This document shows positions 45,035 through 53,626 of a stretch of DNA of 64,000 nt, piece after piece. Source of the DNA: a virus; IMG/VR virus record IMGVR_UViG_3300020578_000040, positions 1 through 64,000 of that record; one strand, 5' to 3'. The position numbers and the translations under genes are program-made. Each line of letters starts with the position of its first letter. Positions within the stretch are counted from its first letter, which is position 1. The notes under the pieces are model-generated. The model saw nothing but the letters and a program-made list of their open reading frames with translations, did no database searches and was not told the DNA's origin.

Positions 45035-45680
45035 CAGGTGCGTCCGTGGGGTGACTGTTGCTTTGTTGTATTATGAATGTACTGACAATCCATTTGTCAC
45101 TTGAAATAGGCATACAGCCCTGATGTGGGTGCGTCCAGTACGCAGGGAACAGTGCTATTGAACCTACTCGTGCAGGCACAAAAACATCCTGATGACGAAA
45201 ATATGTTTCTCCGCCGACATCAACTGTATTCAGGTAAACAACAGCACCAAGAACACGCTCCGGAACAGTCGCGGGGAGCGGCCCTCCATCAATGTGCTCA
45301 CGGTAGTACCCACCGCCCTTTATGTATCTTTGCACCCTGAAGCCAGTATCAGACATTCCTGGCCAATCCCAGAGCCATGTAAATTGTTCTTGGTAGTAAC
45401 CAACACAAGAAAATAGTACTTGAGTAACTTCATTCTCATAAGATGAAAGTGGTTCTGGCGGAACGCCGCTGTTTATCAAATTAGGGGATGACCAACTCAT
45501 GTCCATGCTGTTTTTAACGTATGGCATTAAGCCGCCCATGACCGGCCCTGGAGAAAATAATTTTTCGTAATATGTTGATAATTCCCGAATCACCGAGGAA
45601 CATAATTCTTCGCTCAAAGCATTTTCGGCAACCATAATGGCCGAGGACTTTCCCGCAGGCCATGAAAATTTGATAGTCAT
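44997..45680 (-). CDS. 2OG-Fe(II) oxygenase (prolyl-hydroxylase-like)
   Basis: HID...YLN...GGET...FPA...HPH...K. Confidence 0.85.
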   Translation of the reverse strand: MTIKFSWPAGKSSAIMVAENALSEELCSSVIRELSTYYEKLFSPGPVMGGLMPYVKNSMDMSWSSPNLINSGVPPEPLSSYENEVTQVLFSCVGYYQEQFTWLWDWPGMSDTGFRVQRYIKGGGYYREHIDGGPLPATVPERVLGAVVYLNTVDVGGETYFRHQDVFVPARVGSIALFPAYWTHPHQGCMPISSDKWIVSTFIIQQSNSHPTDAPDDGKPLANEHLL

Positions 45681-45695
45681 AGATAGTATCTCGTT

Positions 45696-45935
45696 TCAGG
45701 CGTACGACAGAAATTTTTCGTAGACATTAAGGATGTCTCGCAAGTGAAGTTGAGCGCTGTCACTGTAGGCGGCGTTCGAAAAATTAGGTTGCCAGGTGAA
45801 GGAGCCATCTACCAACTCTAGGTCGTCCGGGTCCACTCCCGCAAGTAGCGCAGCAGTAAATAATTCTGTTTCCAACCGGCGACGCGCAATTTCTCGTGCA
45901 GTAGTTTTTTGACTTTCCGTAATGATGAATTCCAT
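45696..45935 (-). CDS. hypothetical protein (AGVDPD motif)
   Basis: Similar to 49892..50140. Confidence 0.6.
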   Translation of the reverse strand: MEFIITESQKTTAREIARRRLETELFTAALLAGVDPDDLELVDGSFTWQPNFSNAAYSDSAQLHLRDILNVYEKFLSYA

Positions 45936-45947
45936 ATCAAACCCCTA

Positions 45948-46760
45948 TCAATCTCGTCTCATGATTTTAAACAAAGATGTTTTTTCTGGTTTGGCTAATT
46001 CAGAGTCTACATCTCTTTGCAATTTTTTGTATTTACTTTTCTGGTTGAGCGGCATGAATGCCCCGCCGAACCCTCTGTGCTTGAGGAGGTCGTAAGACCT
46101 TGAATTGCCCCACAGGATTTCCGATTCCTTGCTTCTCTTAAATGGAATAACGTGCCACATGGGGCGCCCTATTTCAAGTTCGAAAGGCTCGTCCCCCAGC
46201 ACACTAATGACCATATGGGCGGAGTGATAGTAGTCTGTATTGACCACCGCCGGAAGCATTGTGTAATTTGGATCGGGGTCCCAGAGCGGGGGCAGAAACA
46301 GGGATGACCAACCCGGTGGAGTTTTTATTTTCCAGGGATTGATGACCTTGATGTAGTTTGATTGTTGAAGTTTACGTGCCCTGGAAACAGGGCATTCTCC
46401 TGTTTGCGAATATGAGAAACCCTCAATCAAAAATTGTTGACAGTCGCGCGTCAGGTCAAACTGTGCTTCCCAATTCCTGCCGTTCAATGACGGACGAATC
46501 ATCAATTTGGCCCACAGTGGAATGGTAAAGCCTGTTGCAAGATAATCAGACGTGCCGGAGCACCGCTTGATGCTTCCCTCGGCGCCGCTGAGTTCCTTCC
46601 ACCACTGAGGCCAATTTCCTGTATTGACGTATGGGCGACATGAGTCGTCCATTAAATTAGGGTCAGGACAAGACAGCAACACTTGATTCTTTTTTAATTT
46701 AGGCAAATCATCAAAAACTTCTGGATTAACTATTTGCAGTTGCTTTGAGCGCCTGGGCAT
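45948..46760 (-). CDS. conserved phage protein (DUF6065-like beta fold)
   Basis: IKRC...GF.IPLW...NPW.IKTPPGWS.LF...VIPFKR. Confidence 0.7.
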   Translation of the reverse strand: MPRRSKQLQIVNPEVFDDLPKLKKNQVLLSCPDPNLMDDSCRPYVNTGNWPQWWKELSGAEGSIKRCSGTSDYLATGFTIPLWAKLMIRPSLNGRNWEAQFDLTRDCQQFLIEGFSYSQTGECPVSRARKLQQSNYIKVINPWKIKTPPGWSSLFLPPLWDPDPNYTMLPAVVNTDYYHSAHMVISVLGDEPFELEIGRPMWHVIPFKRSKESEILWGNSRSYDLLKHRGFGGAFMPLNQKSKYKKLQRDVDSELAKPEKTSLFKIMRRD

Positions 46761-48201
46761 GGTCCACCAATTTCTGTTGAATGAGTTCCAATGATATTTG
46801 TGAAATATTCTTTCTAGAGGACTGACGAGAATTGTATGCGTCTAGTTGTATTGATGCAATCTCCTTGTTGAGCACCCCCTGGCCCTGGGCCACATGCCAC
46901 AAATGTGCTGCACCAAATAATTCAAATCCCGTTGAGGGTATGTCGTGATGCTCAGGGCACCTGGTGTTCCACAATTCAAGAAGGTGCGCCAACAACTCCG
47001 GTTTTTCTGCCTTTTGCTGTTCCGCCCACATCGGTGTGTCGTCTCTGTCTGAAATATAGTGGAGTGAAATCATGCATAGAATATTTTCCATAATAGAATC
47101 CATGACACGGTGATATTCCTTGACTCCGTATGTTTTCTCACGCGAGAATGTTGGAAGGTATGAGCAAATAAGCCTGGCCTGTTGAATCGTAGTAGAAATT
47201 GATGTTGCCTCAAGCGGTTCAACAAATCCTGCAGCCAATCCAACTGCGACACAATTGTTTTTCCAAGTTGTTTTGAAGTACCCCGATTTGAAAGAAAGCG
47301 TTTTCGCTGGCTCTATTTCAAACCCGTGAGTGTCTGAAGCCTCTTTAACCGCCTCATCGACCGAGCAGAAATCTGATGAAAAAACATAACCATTACCGCG
47401 GCGTTTCTGGGTTGGAATTTCCCACATCCAACCATTTTTTAATGCCCTAGCGCGTGTATATGGGCGTATCTGACCCGACGGGCACGATGGCGTTGGGAAC
47501 GCGACTGCGCTATCACATGGGAGATACTTGCGATATGAAACAAAATTATTTTCCGAAATTGTGCTCAATATTTCACGACTGAACCCTGTTGCGTCGATAA
47601 AAAAGTCACCCTCAATTACACCCGGGTGCGAATCAATTTGTATGTGCTGAATAAACCCATGCTCATCTGCTCTGACATCTGTTACATTCGCATCAATAAA
47701 ATAAATCTGCCTCTGTTTTGCAATCTGCGTCAGAAACAAGTTCAGTTTAAATGTATCGAAATGATATTGATTTGTTCCGAGATGCGTCTTGTCTCCGGCA
47801 TCAATAATTTTGTTATCTATCAAACCGCGCCACGAGAATACGCTCGTTAGGGGCCAGCCATTCTCTAGCGCATGGGCGTAGCCGCCCCAGAAAGTCCCCG
47901 CACTTAAGCCCGTCCCACCCACGCTATGGAAATAGTCTGGCGTATGATTCGTCCAATTTTCGTATCTGATGCCGTACTTGTGCGTAATGTCGGCATTTCT
48001 TATCATGTCATGAACATCGATGCCGATGATTTCTTGAAAAAGACGCCAATGCTCTGTGGAGCCCTCGCCCACGCCCACGATGCCTATCGCGCTAGAGGAA
48101 ACAACAACAACCTTATAGTCTGTAAAAAGAGTTTTTATTATAAGTGCGGTTACTAATCCTGCGGTCCCCGAACCAGCGACCACTATTGTCTTGTTTTTCA
48201 T
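46726..48201 (-). CDS. flavin-dependent tryptophan halogenase-family protein
   Basis: GSGTAG, GVGEGS, FIDATG, GWMWEIP, FVEPLEATSI. Confidence 0.9.
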   Translation of the reverse strand: MKNKTIVVAGSGTAGLVTALIIKTLFTDYKVVVVSSSAIGIVGVGEGSTEHWRLFQEIIGIDVHDMIRNADITHKYGIRYENWTNHTPDYFHSVGGTGLSAGTFWGGYAHALENGWPLTSVFSWRGLIDNKIIDAGDKTHLGTNQYHFDTFKLNLFLTQIAKQRQIYFIDANVTDVRADEHGFIQHIQIDSHPGVIEGDFFIDATGFSREILSTISENNFVSYRKYLPCDSAVAFPTPSCPSGQIRPYTRARALKNGWMWEIPTQKRRGNGYVFSSDFCSVDEAVKEASDTHGFEIEPAKTLSFKSGYFKTTWKNNCVAVGLAAGFVEPLEATSISTTIQQARLICSYLPTFSREKTYGVKEYHRVMDSIMENILCMISLHYISDRDDTPMWAEQQKAEKPELLAHLLELWNTRCPEHHDIPSTGFELFGAAHLWHVAQGQGVLNKEIASIQLDAYNSRQSSRKNISQISLELIQQKLVDHAQALKATANS

Positions 48202-48890
48202 TTTTTGACCACAAATGTGAAGCCTGTTGCTAGGGGAACATGAAATAGATACTTGTCGTCGTCCTCGGTCAGGCGCGACAGATACTGGAAATAGGGGTGC
48301 CTCTCCTTCAGCGCATACAGTGCCCCAAAATCATTGACGGTATTGAGAATCATAAGTGAGTTCTGCGCAAGTTTTTCCCAGGCACTGTCAATAATTGAGA
48401 AATCATGGCTCATCATCTCGGTGTCAACAAAAAACACATCATAGTCAGTATCAATCACCCCACTCGCAAAATCTTGCATAGAGATGATGTGATCGTCCGG
48501 AATTTGCGCACCTATATATTGCTCCAAATAATCAATACTTGTTGTATTGACATAGTCTACGCGGGGAACAATTTCATTGAGCGTTGCAGCAAGAACATAA
48601 TTCATGCCACAGAATAATAATTTAGAAGGATTTTTAATCCTTACGATTATTTCCACAATGGAGCGACTCAAAATTTCTATATCCATTGTTGAGCCCGTGA
48701 GATTACCTGGGTCAAGCCAATTTAGTTGGACGGAAAATCCAATAGCAGAACGACTTCTGTCCACGCCTGTTTCAACTTCTGACTGCAGAAACTGCGCATT
48801 TTTTGCGACAACAAGTGCCTTGTCTATTTCTGAGGAAGCCGTATGAGATAGCAGGTTTGCAAATTGGAAAACACCATAATTATCACTCAT
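48198..48890 (-). CDS. hypothetical protein, methyltransferase-like fold possible
   Basis: YDVFFVD...L..N.LMIL pattern. Confidence 0.5.
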   Translation of the reverse strand: MSDNYGVFQFANLLSHTASSEIDKALVVAKNAQFLQSEVETGVDRSRSAIGFSVQLNWLDPGNLTGSTMDIEILSRSIVEIIVRIKNPSKLLFCGMNYVLAATLNEIVPRVDYVNTTSIDYLEQYIGAQIPDDHIISMQDFASGVIDTDYDVFFVDTEMMSHDFSIIDSAWEKLAQNSLMILNTVNDFGALYALKERHPYFQYLSRLTEDDDKYLFHVPLATGFTFVVKK

Positions 48891-49152
48891 TTTCTATTCT
48901 CCATTTGAGAACATGAAACAGGTACCAAAAGCGCCTCAATGACATTTGATTTCTGCGCAATTCGGCGTGCCGTTCGATTGCTATGGGTGAATTTTGGTCA
49001 TGACCGGCCGCCCCATATACATTGCTACAGGCTTCCTGTAGGTCGTTTAGGGTAACATCAGCAATGTCTTCAAGGTCAAAACCGAGTGTTGCAAAAACTA
49101 TTGCTAGTTGCTCCTGGGCATAATTGAAATCGTCTTGCAAGTTATAGCCCAT
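48883..49152 (-). CDS. hypothetical protein
   Basis: Operon packing. Confidence 0.6.
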   Translation of the reverse strand: MGYNLQDDFNYAQEQLAIVFATLGFDLEDIADVTLNDLQEACSNVYGAAGHDQNSPIAIERHAELRRNQMSLRRFWYLFHVLKWRIENE

Positions 49153-49303
49153 TGTTCTCGTCCTCAATTACAAAAACTATAGGTTGGTCAAGCATTGCGC
49201 AGGAAATAATGATTTCATCAGGTGTTTTGTAGCGACTCGTAATCGGGTCAAAATCAAAATCACCAAATTGCTCAGCGTTTGGGTCCCTGGGTTCTGGTGT
49301 CAT
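49142..49303 (-). CDS. 53-aa hypothetical protein
   Basis: ATGA-coupled ORF filling the gap; below ORF-track cutoff. Confidence 0.5.
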   Translation of the reverse strand: MTPEPRDPNAEQFGDFDFDPITSRYKTPDEIIISCAMLDQPIVFVIEDENNGL

Positions 49304-49923
49304 CGGAACCACGTCACCAGAGAATATTTTACGGTTTCATCTTTTTCGCCTACGGGCTCAGCGATGTGTAGATACGGATAATTTGATGGGAACATAATTA
49401 CACTCCCTGCTCGTGGCTCAATATTTACATTAAAGCGGGGGAATACTAGATTGCCTCCAGTGAAATTGTCGTTCAGAAAAGCAACCAGACTCAAACTTCG
49501 TGCGTTGCTTCTGAAGTGGTCATGGTGGGCGTGATACTCGGCGCCGCCGCCATACTTGAGCACGCGATACCCTTCGTCTGCTTCTAGGCTCAACTCAAAG
49601 ATATTTCTGTAGTCCCATACAATCGGGTCAATTTTTTCCCAGATTTTCCGCCACTCGGAAACAAGAGGAATCATTCGTTCGACGCGGACCTCATCAGAGC
49701 CCAGGGGTGCTAATTCGCAGCCCAATGATGTTCTCATGTTGGAAATCTGCCCTTCACCAGTGGCGGACTTTTCCCATCGCACATATCCCCAAGTCTGGGA
49801 GCACTCTTCTTCAAGGAGTTTAATGAAATTATCAGCGTCAAAAATATTGTCATACTGGCAAATTGCGACGGCGTGCTCTTTAAATTTCATGTCACTCAGC
49901 GATTCTCGCGCGAATTTGTTCAA
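49300..49923 (-). CDS. 2OG-Fe(II) oxygenase (prolyl-hydroxylase-like)
   Basis: HHD...FLND.FTGG...FPSNYPYLH...KYS. Confidence 0.85.
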   Translation of the reverse strand: MNKFARESLSDMKFKEHAVAICQYDNIFDADNFIKLLEEECSQTWGYVRWEKSATGEGQISNMRTSLGCELAPLGSDEVRVERMIPLVSEWRKIWEKIDPIVWDYRNIFELSLEADEGYRVLKYGGGAEYHAHHDHFRSNARSLSLVAFLNDNFTGGNLVFPRFNVNIEPRAGSVIMFPSNYPYLHIAEPVGEKDETVKYSLVTWFR

Positions 49924-50140
49924 GTTTTTCCAATGCCTCTAGAATATTGACGAACTGTTCACGCAAACCCAAGTTTTCCTCGGAGATGTCCGTCAGTGGA
50001 TTAAGGGTCTCCATATCAACTGAATCTGGGTCCAATCCGGCGATGATAAGGCATGTAAACAACTGCTCCTTAAGACCCCCTACCCGTAGGTCAATTGCTG
50101 CCAACTTACGCTCTTGACTCAGTGTGTCAAAAAATCCCAT
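49892..50140 (-). CDS. hypothetical protein (AGLDPD motif)
   Basis: Operon packing. Confidence 0.6.
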   Translation of the reverse strand: MGFFDTLSQERKLAAIDLRVGGLKEQLFTCLIIAGLDPDSVDMETLNPLTDISEENLGLREQFVNILEALEKLEQIRARIAE

Positions 50141-50144
50141 TGTT

Positions 50145-50591
50145 TTATCTCCTTGGTTCGTCCTGTACTGTAACTACATTCTTGCACATCTCAGCACCGT
50201 TCCGCGTACTTATAACGACATAGTTGCCGGGTTTGGGAAATCTGTGTTTCACAACAATCCGATGCTCTTCTATAATGTCCGGCACCATCTCACCCACGAC
50301 CCGCTCAATGTCGTCATCATCATCTATTTCCATAAGAATCAATTTTATTTCTTTACACGATTCAAAATCATCTACCATAGTAAAAACAAACAATTGATTT
50401 ACGCCAATCGGGGAGTTACACTCAACATATTTTTCGACGGGGATAGAAAGCAAGGTCACCCGAGAATCATCAAAATCTAAAGTTTTTGTTCTGGGGGAAT
50501 GCCCATTTAGTATTGGCAAAACCCATAGACGAGCAAGTTTTGACGCCTCTTCAGCCATTGAATCGTCTGGACAAAAAATGACTCGGTCCAT
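50145..50591 (-). CDS. hypothetical protein
   Basis: Operon packing. Confidence 0.6.
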   Translation of the reverse strand: MDRVIFCPDDSMAEEASKLARLWVLPILNGHSPRTKTLDFDDSRVTLLSIPVEKYVECNSPIGVNQLFVFTMVDDFESCKEIKLILMEIDDDDDIERVVGEMVPDIIEEHRIVVKHRFPKPGNYVVISTRNGAEMCKNVVTVQDEPRR

Positions 50592-52273
50592 TAGATATCA
50601 ACGACTTTTGTAAAGGGGAAGTTGCTGTGGCTCATCTGCGTGTTGGCTGTTCCGGCGTTGCGCGCAATAACTATAACGCCTCCATCCTTGCCGGTCTCTC
50701 CAGTTGAGCCGGAACTTGCTGTGCCTGCCGTTCCCCCGGCACCCCCAGGGCCACCCGGCCAATTTGGATGCGGAGTCGCGGACGGATTCGCAAAGGGATT
50801 GCTGCCCGTTGAGCCAGCAGGATGGTTTGACGCGGGGTGAGGGAAAACACCTGCGTTGTGTCCTGAGTTCCCGGGGTGCGCCGCAACATAATTAAGTCCG
50901 TGACCCGCGTTGTGGTGCCCAGGGTGAGAGCCCGGGCCGTGGGCGTGGTGGCCGTGCCCAGAGTTGTGATTACCGGCGTGATGCCCAGAGGGGTGATGAT
51001 GTGAACCGTGCCCAGGGTTGTGAGTACCGCCGTGATGTCCAGGCCCATGAGGATGTGTACCGTGCCCAGCGTTGTGCCCTTTGCCCTGCGGATTGGCATT
51101 GTGGTTAGTATGAGCGCTATGGGGTCCATTCGCAGGGTGGGGGCCAACATTATATCCAGGCCCATGATGAATGGCATTGCTGTGTCCGTTGTGGTTAGTA
51201 GTAATATTATGGGGCCCATTCGAAGGGTGAGAGGCATGATGCGTTCCACTCGGATGATGATGAGCATTGCTGGTTGCGTTGTGTTGCAGGTGAAAGCCAG
51301 TTCCATTGGGACCATGAGACCCGGTGGTATGTCCAGGCCCATGATTTACATGGTTGTGGTTCGCGTTGTGAATCGCTGGGAGAGGTCCGCCCGCATTGTG
51401 AGCGACGCCGGGGTGTGACTCTGGAATTGAGTTATTAAATGGGGTTCCGGTGTGGGCATTAAAACTATGAGGACCATTCGCCGGGTGAGGCACACTCCCT
51501 GCGGGGTGTCCTCCAGCATTGTGGCTTGCGGGCCGAGTCGGCGCGGATGTTCCTGGGTTGCCAGCAGAACCAGCAGTGGCGGCGCTTCCCGCTGAACCCG
51601 CCAAACCCCTACTTACAATCGTGCCGGACCCAGCGAGAGTCTTGGTAACTACGATGACTAGACCACCGCCAAGACCGCCTGAGCCTCCAGCCCCTGCGGT
51701 GGCTGCAGTTCCAGGGTTCCCGGCGTTTCCGATACCACCGGGCTCACCCGCGCTCGCGCCAGGAAAAACACCCAAAGGACCAGCGCTACCAGCACTACCA
51801 GAACCCGCGTTAGAAATAATTGCTCCAGCACTGCCTGCTGCCCCAAGTGAACCAGAACCAATTTTAGTTATAGTGCCGGCTGCGGTAATAAACCATCCAG
51901 CAAGTGCGTCGTCCAAATCGTTCAGCGCAGAAGTATCAATAGAATTTGTACTATCCCCCCAAGCGCTGTTCGGATTGAGTGAGCCTTGTCTGCCAGCAAT
52001 AGTGCCGCTACCATCAGAAATGTTTGCCGCCGTAGCCGTGGGGAAACCGATTACTCCATTATTAGTTAATGTTCCTTGTACGAAAATACGAAAACCGTTA
52101 GTAACAAGCACTCCACCGGAATCAACGGTCAGAGAGGAGTAGTACATATCCCGTATGAGGTGTACTGTTGTGCCATTAGTAATGGTGACAGAGCCGTCTA
52201 GTCCTGTGCCAAAAATGGAGTCTCCGCCAGTTCTCTGAACTAATGATTTATTTATTTTTCTGACCGCGCCCAT
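50591..52273 (-). CDS. Gly-rich virion protein with long His/Asn/Gly/Pro-rich insert
   Basis: FGTGLDG N-terminus like neighbour; about 200-aa HNAGHG/HGPG repeats. Confidence 0.75.
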   Translation of the reverse strand: MGAVRKINKSLVQRTGGDSIFGTGLDGSVTITNGTTVHLIRDMYYSSLTVDSGGVLVTNGFRIFVQGTLTNNGVIGFPTATAANISDGSGTIAGRQGSLNPNSAWGDSTNSIDTSALNDLDDALAGWFITAAGTITKIGSGSLGAAGSAGAIISNAGSGSAGSAGPLGVFPGASAGEPGGIGNAGNPGTAATAGAGGSGGLGGGLVIVVTKTLAGSGTIVSRGLAGSAGSAATAGSAGNPGTSAPTRPASHNAGGHPAGSVPHPANGPHSFNAHTGTPFNNSIPESHPGVAHNAGGPLPAIHNANHNHVNHGPGHTTGSHGPNGTGFHLQHNATSNAHHHPSGTHHASHPSNGPHNITTNHNGHSNAIHHGPGYNVGPHPANGPHSAHTNHNANPQGKGHNAGHGTHPHGPGHHGGTHNPGHGSHHHPSGHHAGNHNSGHGHHAHGPGSHPGHHNAGHGLNYVAAHPGNSGHNAGVFPHPASNHPAGSTGSNPFANPSATPHPNWPGGPGGAGGTAGTASSGSTGETGKDGGVIVIARNAGTANTQMSHSNFPFTKVVDI

Positions 52274-52275
52274 CG

Positions 52276-53046
52276 CTAAACAACCTGTGAATAAATTACG
52301 GTTCCCGAGTTGCAGCCAGTTCCGCCAGTAACATCCGTCGATACGCTGGGATGTATGACAGAAGCGGAAGAGATAACAATAATTACTCCTCCCCCGCCCC
52401 CGCCCGAGCCAGGAGTTCCGGGCGCTCTAATTTGTGCCGTTCCTCCGGCAACACTGATGTACCTCGCGGCGAGAATTACGACACCACCACCTATGCCAGC
52501 AAAACCGCCGGCCCCTCCGCGCAAAAAAGTAGGTGTAGTTGATGTGCCGGTAACGGAATATCCACGAACAGACTGATTTGGTTGGTAGTAGAAGTTTGTT
52601 CCCCCCGTAGCCGCGGTCGGAGCGGTGGCGGTCTGCGTTGCACTTGAGCCCCCAAGACTGTGAGTCACCGCAGTCGCAATTCCGCCACCCTGTTGTATTG
52701 AGCCAGCAGTGGAAAACCCTATTGTATAACCGATGGTTGAACCATTATTCAATGTCAGAAGATTTTGAACGAAGATGCGGTATCCGCCGGGGTTAAGTCG
52801 AACGCTTGCAGAAAGAGTTAGATTGTAAAAAAACAGGTCCCTTGTTGCCGTGTAAATGGATGACGCTGGAGCCATACCAAGGACAGTAGTTGACCCATCT
52901 AGCGTCTGGCTGCCGTCAACAGATGAGCCGTATACGGAGTCGGGGGCGTCAAGGAATGCACTTAAATTAGAGTTCGCTTTTGATGTTGTTGATGGTCCAG
53001 AGACGACGCTCAAACCACCTCCATTGACAAAAAAGAACTTACCCAT
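52276..53046 (-). CDS. Gly-rich tail-associated protein
   Basis: YGSSVDG, GGGGGGVI; paralogous to previous gene's flanks. Confidence 0.7.
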   Translation of the reverse strand: MGKFFFVNGGGLSVVSGPSTTSKANSNLSAFLDAPDSVYGSSVDGSQTLDGSTTVLGMAPASSIYTATRDLFFYNLTLSASVRLNPGGYRIFVQNLLTLNNGSTIGYTIGFSTAGSIQQGGGIATAVTHSLGGSSATQTATAPTAATGGTNFYYQPNQSVRGYSVTGTSTTPTFLRGGAGGFAGIGGGVVILAARYISVAGGTAQIRAPGTPGSGGGGGGVIIVISSASVIHPSVSTDVTGGTGCNSGTVIYSQVV

Positions 53047-53047
53047 T

Positions 53048-53428
53048 TTAGTATTCCTCGTATCCGTTCAAAATTACATTTACGGTTGTTCCTGCGCTTG
53101 CCGAGCCAAGTATTTGGTCGGAGGTCGTGGCGCTTGCTGCGGAAGCGCCACCCTCATTAGTCAAGACCAGCGATGTCGACAGCGTGATTGTTTCGTTGGC
53201 TGCGAGGGAAAAACCGCTGAGAAAGTTATTGGATGTTCCAACAGAAACATTTTTTACCTTCAATGACATGGTTACGGTAACCGCGCTACCAGACGTATTG
53301 CATAAAACAATTTCCTTGATAACCGCAGTGGTTCCCCCGGTGCTTGAGTTGGGCACTGTATATATTGATGAGTTGGCAGTATTTGACAACTGCGCTGGAC
53401 CTGCTAGTCGTTTTACTAAAACTGGCAT
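53048..53428 (-). CDS. virion structural protein, hypothetical
   Basis: YTVP...IVLCN...G.E motif common in tail regions. Confidence 0.7.
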   Translation of the reverse strand: MPVLVKRLAGPAQLSNTANSSIYTVPNSSTGGTTAVIKEIVLCNTSGSAVTVTMSLKVKNVSVGTSNNFLSGFSLAANETITLSTSLVLTNEGGASAASATTSDQILGSASAGTTVNVILNGYEEY

Positions 53429-53613
53429 TAGATTACCTCCATAATGAATCTACGATTATCAGTAGTTTCACGACGAACTTCTACTGACGCGGTTACATAG
53501 GTTGATGTGTTCGTCGAATCTTGCGAGTCTTGTGCCGCTTCTTCCCCGGCCGTAAAATTGGCGGTTGAAGCCGTTTCCGTTGACCCGTCATATGTGTAGC
53601 GTACTCTTGTCAT
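53428..53613 (-). CDS. hypothetical protein
   Basis: Operon packing. Confidence 0.55.
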   Translation of the reverse strand: MTRVRYTYDGSTETASTANFTAGEEAAQDSQDSTNTSTYVTASVEVRRETTDNRRFIMEVI

Positions 53614-53626
53614 TATTCACCTCTCA

